The position numbers and the translations under genes are program-made. Shown piece by piece: positions 62,265-64,000 of a stretch of 64,000 nt of DNA (position 1 is its first letter; every line of letters starts with the position of its first letter). This stretch comes from Haplodiscus bocki. Taxonomy: Eukaryota. The stretch spans positions 47,740,001 to 47,804,000 of the forward strand of contig OZ296651.1 in assembly GCA_965655095.1 (NCBI GenBank). The letters run 5' to 3'. The notes under the pieces are model-generated. The model was not told where the DNA came from. It ran no database searches and saw only the letters and a program-made list of their open reading frames with translations.

Positions 62265-63346
62265 ATGATCAGACCTAAAACTCAAACAGAAGATTTATTA
62301 CTTTCAATAACTAAAAATTGTGAAACGCTAGTCGAATAAACTCACACAAAGCCTCAAGAGACATTATAATTTAAAATGATCAAACCAAGAGAAACATTTC
62401 ATTTCAAACCACCAATTCAGGTAAAAGGAGATTGGATGATTGGATTAACAGATTTAGAAGTACATAATTTTTTTTTAACATAACGGAAGAAAATAACAAA
62501 TTTGAACTTTATAAATTTCCTGATGAAAAAGCTGATGGTATTTCATACACAAAAGTCAGAGATGAAATTGAAAAAGACTTGGATATTTCAGATATTACAG
62601 CTACCGATTTACAAGATGATTTAATAGCTCCAATTATTATTGAAGAATTTAGAGAACAAGTTTCAAAAAGAATGAAAGATGAGCAATATATGAATATTTT
62701 AGCAATATATACTAGTCCTGTATTTCAAGATTTCGAAACTTTTCTCAGGACACAGATTGATTTGATTGAAGATGATGTTAAACTGGTTTTAGATGAATAC
62801 AATTCAAGTTTCATTACTTATGAATTAGAACCAGGTTTTTACAGTTATAGAGAGATTTCCGAAGCTCTTTTTTCTATTCTTCAATCTGAATATCCACAAT
62901 ACGATAGTGGAATTCTCATTAGACTTGATGATATTACCAAAAAAACTAAATTAGTTGTTAACATTGGTATGATAGCCATAAGGTTTGATGAAAAGTCATT
63001 TTTTAGTACTCTCCTTGGTTTTTCGGCAGGTTGGGATTTTAAACACTATAATCAATACCTTAGTCAAAAAGTTGTAAACTTAAGTACCACAAATAAAATA
63101 CACTTGAGATGTGATGCTATCGATGGTAGCATACAAGATGGAGTACGACAACCGATTTTGTTTAGTTTTGTTTTAGACAAACCATCCGGATACAAAGTAT
63201 ATTGTGAACCTGAAACAAAACACTACAAAAAAGTAAATAAAAGTATTTTGAATACTATAACTTTTTATTTAGAAGATGATAATAACGAAGAAGTTAATTT
63301 TAATGGAGAAACGTTGACTTTTACAATACAAATGATTAAAATTTGA
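62265..63346 (+). pseudogene. Minor capsid (penton-like) protein, paralogue 2, N-terminal stops
   Basis: MIRPKTQTEDLLLSITKNCETLVE*THTKPQETL*FKM..FKPPIQVKGDWMIGL; C-terminal KIHLRCDAIDGSIQDGVRQPILFSF...ITFYLEDDNNEEVNFNGETLTFTIQMIKI. Confidence 0.8.
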
Positions 63347-63381
63347 ATAAACATGTTTACACATAATTATTTGTATAATAA

Positions 63382-63794
63382 ATGAACTCTCAAAAATTCA
63401 AATCAGATAGTTATTGCGTTGGAGGAAAACACAGATCTGGTACAACAAATATCACTGGAGAGATAACATTTAATAAAAAAACGTTAAAGAGATTAAGTTA
63501 TTAGTTGGAAAATGTGTTATATGTGATAGAAAAAAATCTATGATTGTTTCTGATAATACTATTCAACCAGAAGGTCTTGGAGATTTCTTCAAAAGATTGG
63601 GGAAGGTCTCTGGTAAAGCAGCTAAAAAATTAGCAACTAATGCACTCAAAAATCCATCTAGATTCCTTGAAATCCGTGCTAACGTTGCTACGGCGGCGGC
63701 AAGTAGAAATCCTAAAGCAGCTTTATCAGCTTTACCTGAAGTAATTAATTTCTCTCACACAGGCAAAGGCCTTTATCTTGGAAAAATTGTTTAA
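63382..63794 (+). pseudogene. Zn-ribbon plus amphipathic-helix virion protein (adenovirus pVI-like), one frameshift
   Basis: MNSQKFKSDSYCVGGKH...(frameshift)...GKCVICDRKKSMIVSDNTIQPEGLGDFFKRLGKVSGKAAKKLATNALKN. Confidence 0.55.
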
Positions 63795-64000
63795 ACGTTC
63801 TTTAATCTACACATATAGTTCATATGCACAAATTAGTATAATTACTAAAATAAAAGTATGTATACGCGAATATAACTACTCATACAATTGTACATTTACT
63901 TAATCATATCGTAGGTATACTCATATACTTGTATGTATACACAAATATATTTGTACGAATGTTAACTATAATTACACATATAGGAGTAATTATTTGTGTT

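Larger units (their letters stand above)
54961..64000 (+). mobile_element. Polinton/Maverick (adintovirus-like) endogenous virus, left arm; continues beyond the window
   Basis: Starts AGTAAATGAT at the LTR breakpoint; subterminal tandem arrays; dense intronless AT-rich ORFs including an adenain protease and two penton-like genes; scattered stops and frameshifts. Confidence 0.85.

Overview
AT-rich metazoan (invertebrate) genomic DNA, mostly decayed mobile elements, with two assembly gaps (9696-9895, 52938-53184). Two host genes lie in tandem on the - strand: an intronless DNAJC9 (35289-36035) and a two-exon NDUFB7 (35013-34811 and 30766-30559). Retroelements include two decayed Ty3/Gypsy gag-pol copies (the first carries a TARG1/OARD1-like macrodomain between RNase H and integrase), an env-bearing LTR-like element without gag-pol but with accessory ORFs, LTR fragments, a solo LTR and LINE remnants. 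The last 9 kb (54961-64000) is the left arm of a Polinton/Maverick (adintovirus-like) endogenous virus inserted into an LTR. It has a putative AGT terminus, a tRNA-like Pol III unit, tandem arrays, an HTH gene, an adenain-type protease, a basic core-like protein, two tandem minor-capsid paralogues and a pVI-like amphipathic protein. Further Polinton remnants occur at about 13.3-16.9 kb (second protease, shared repeat/CCAAT/CRE module) and about 46.7-48.2 kb (pPolB). All family assignments come from motif recognition by eye; no database searches were run.
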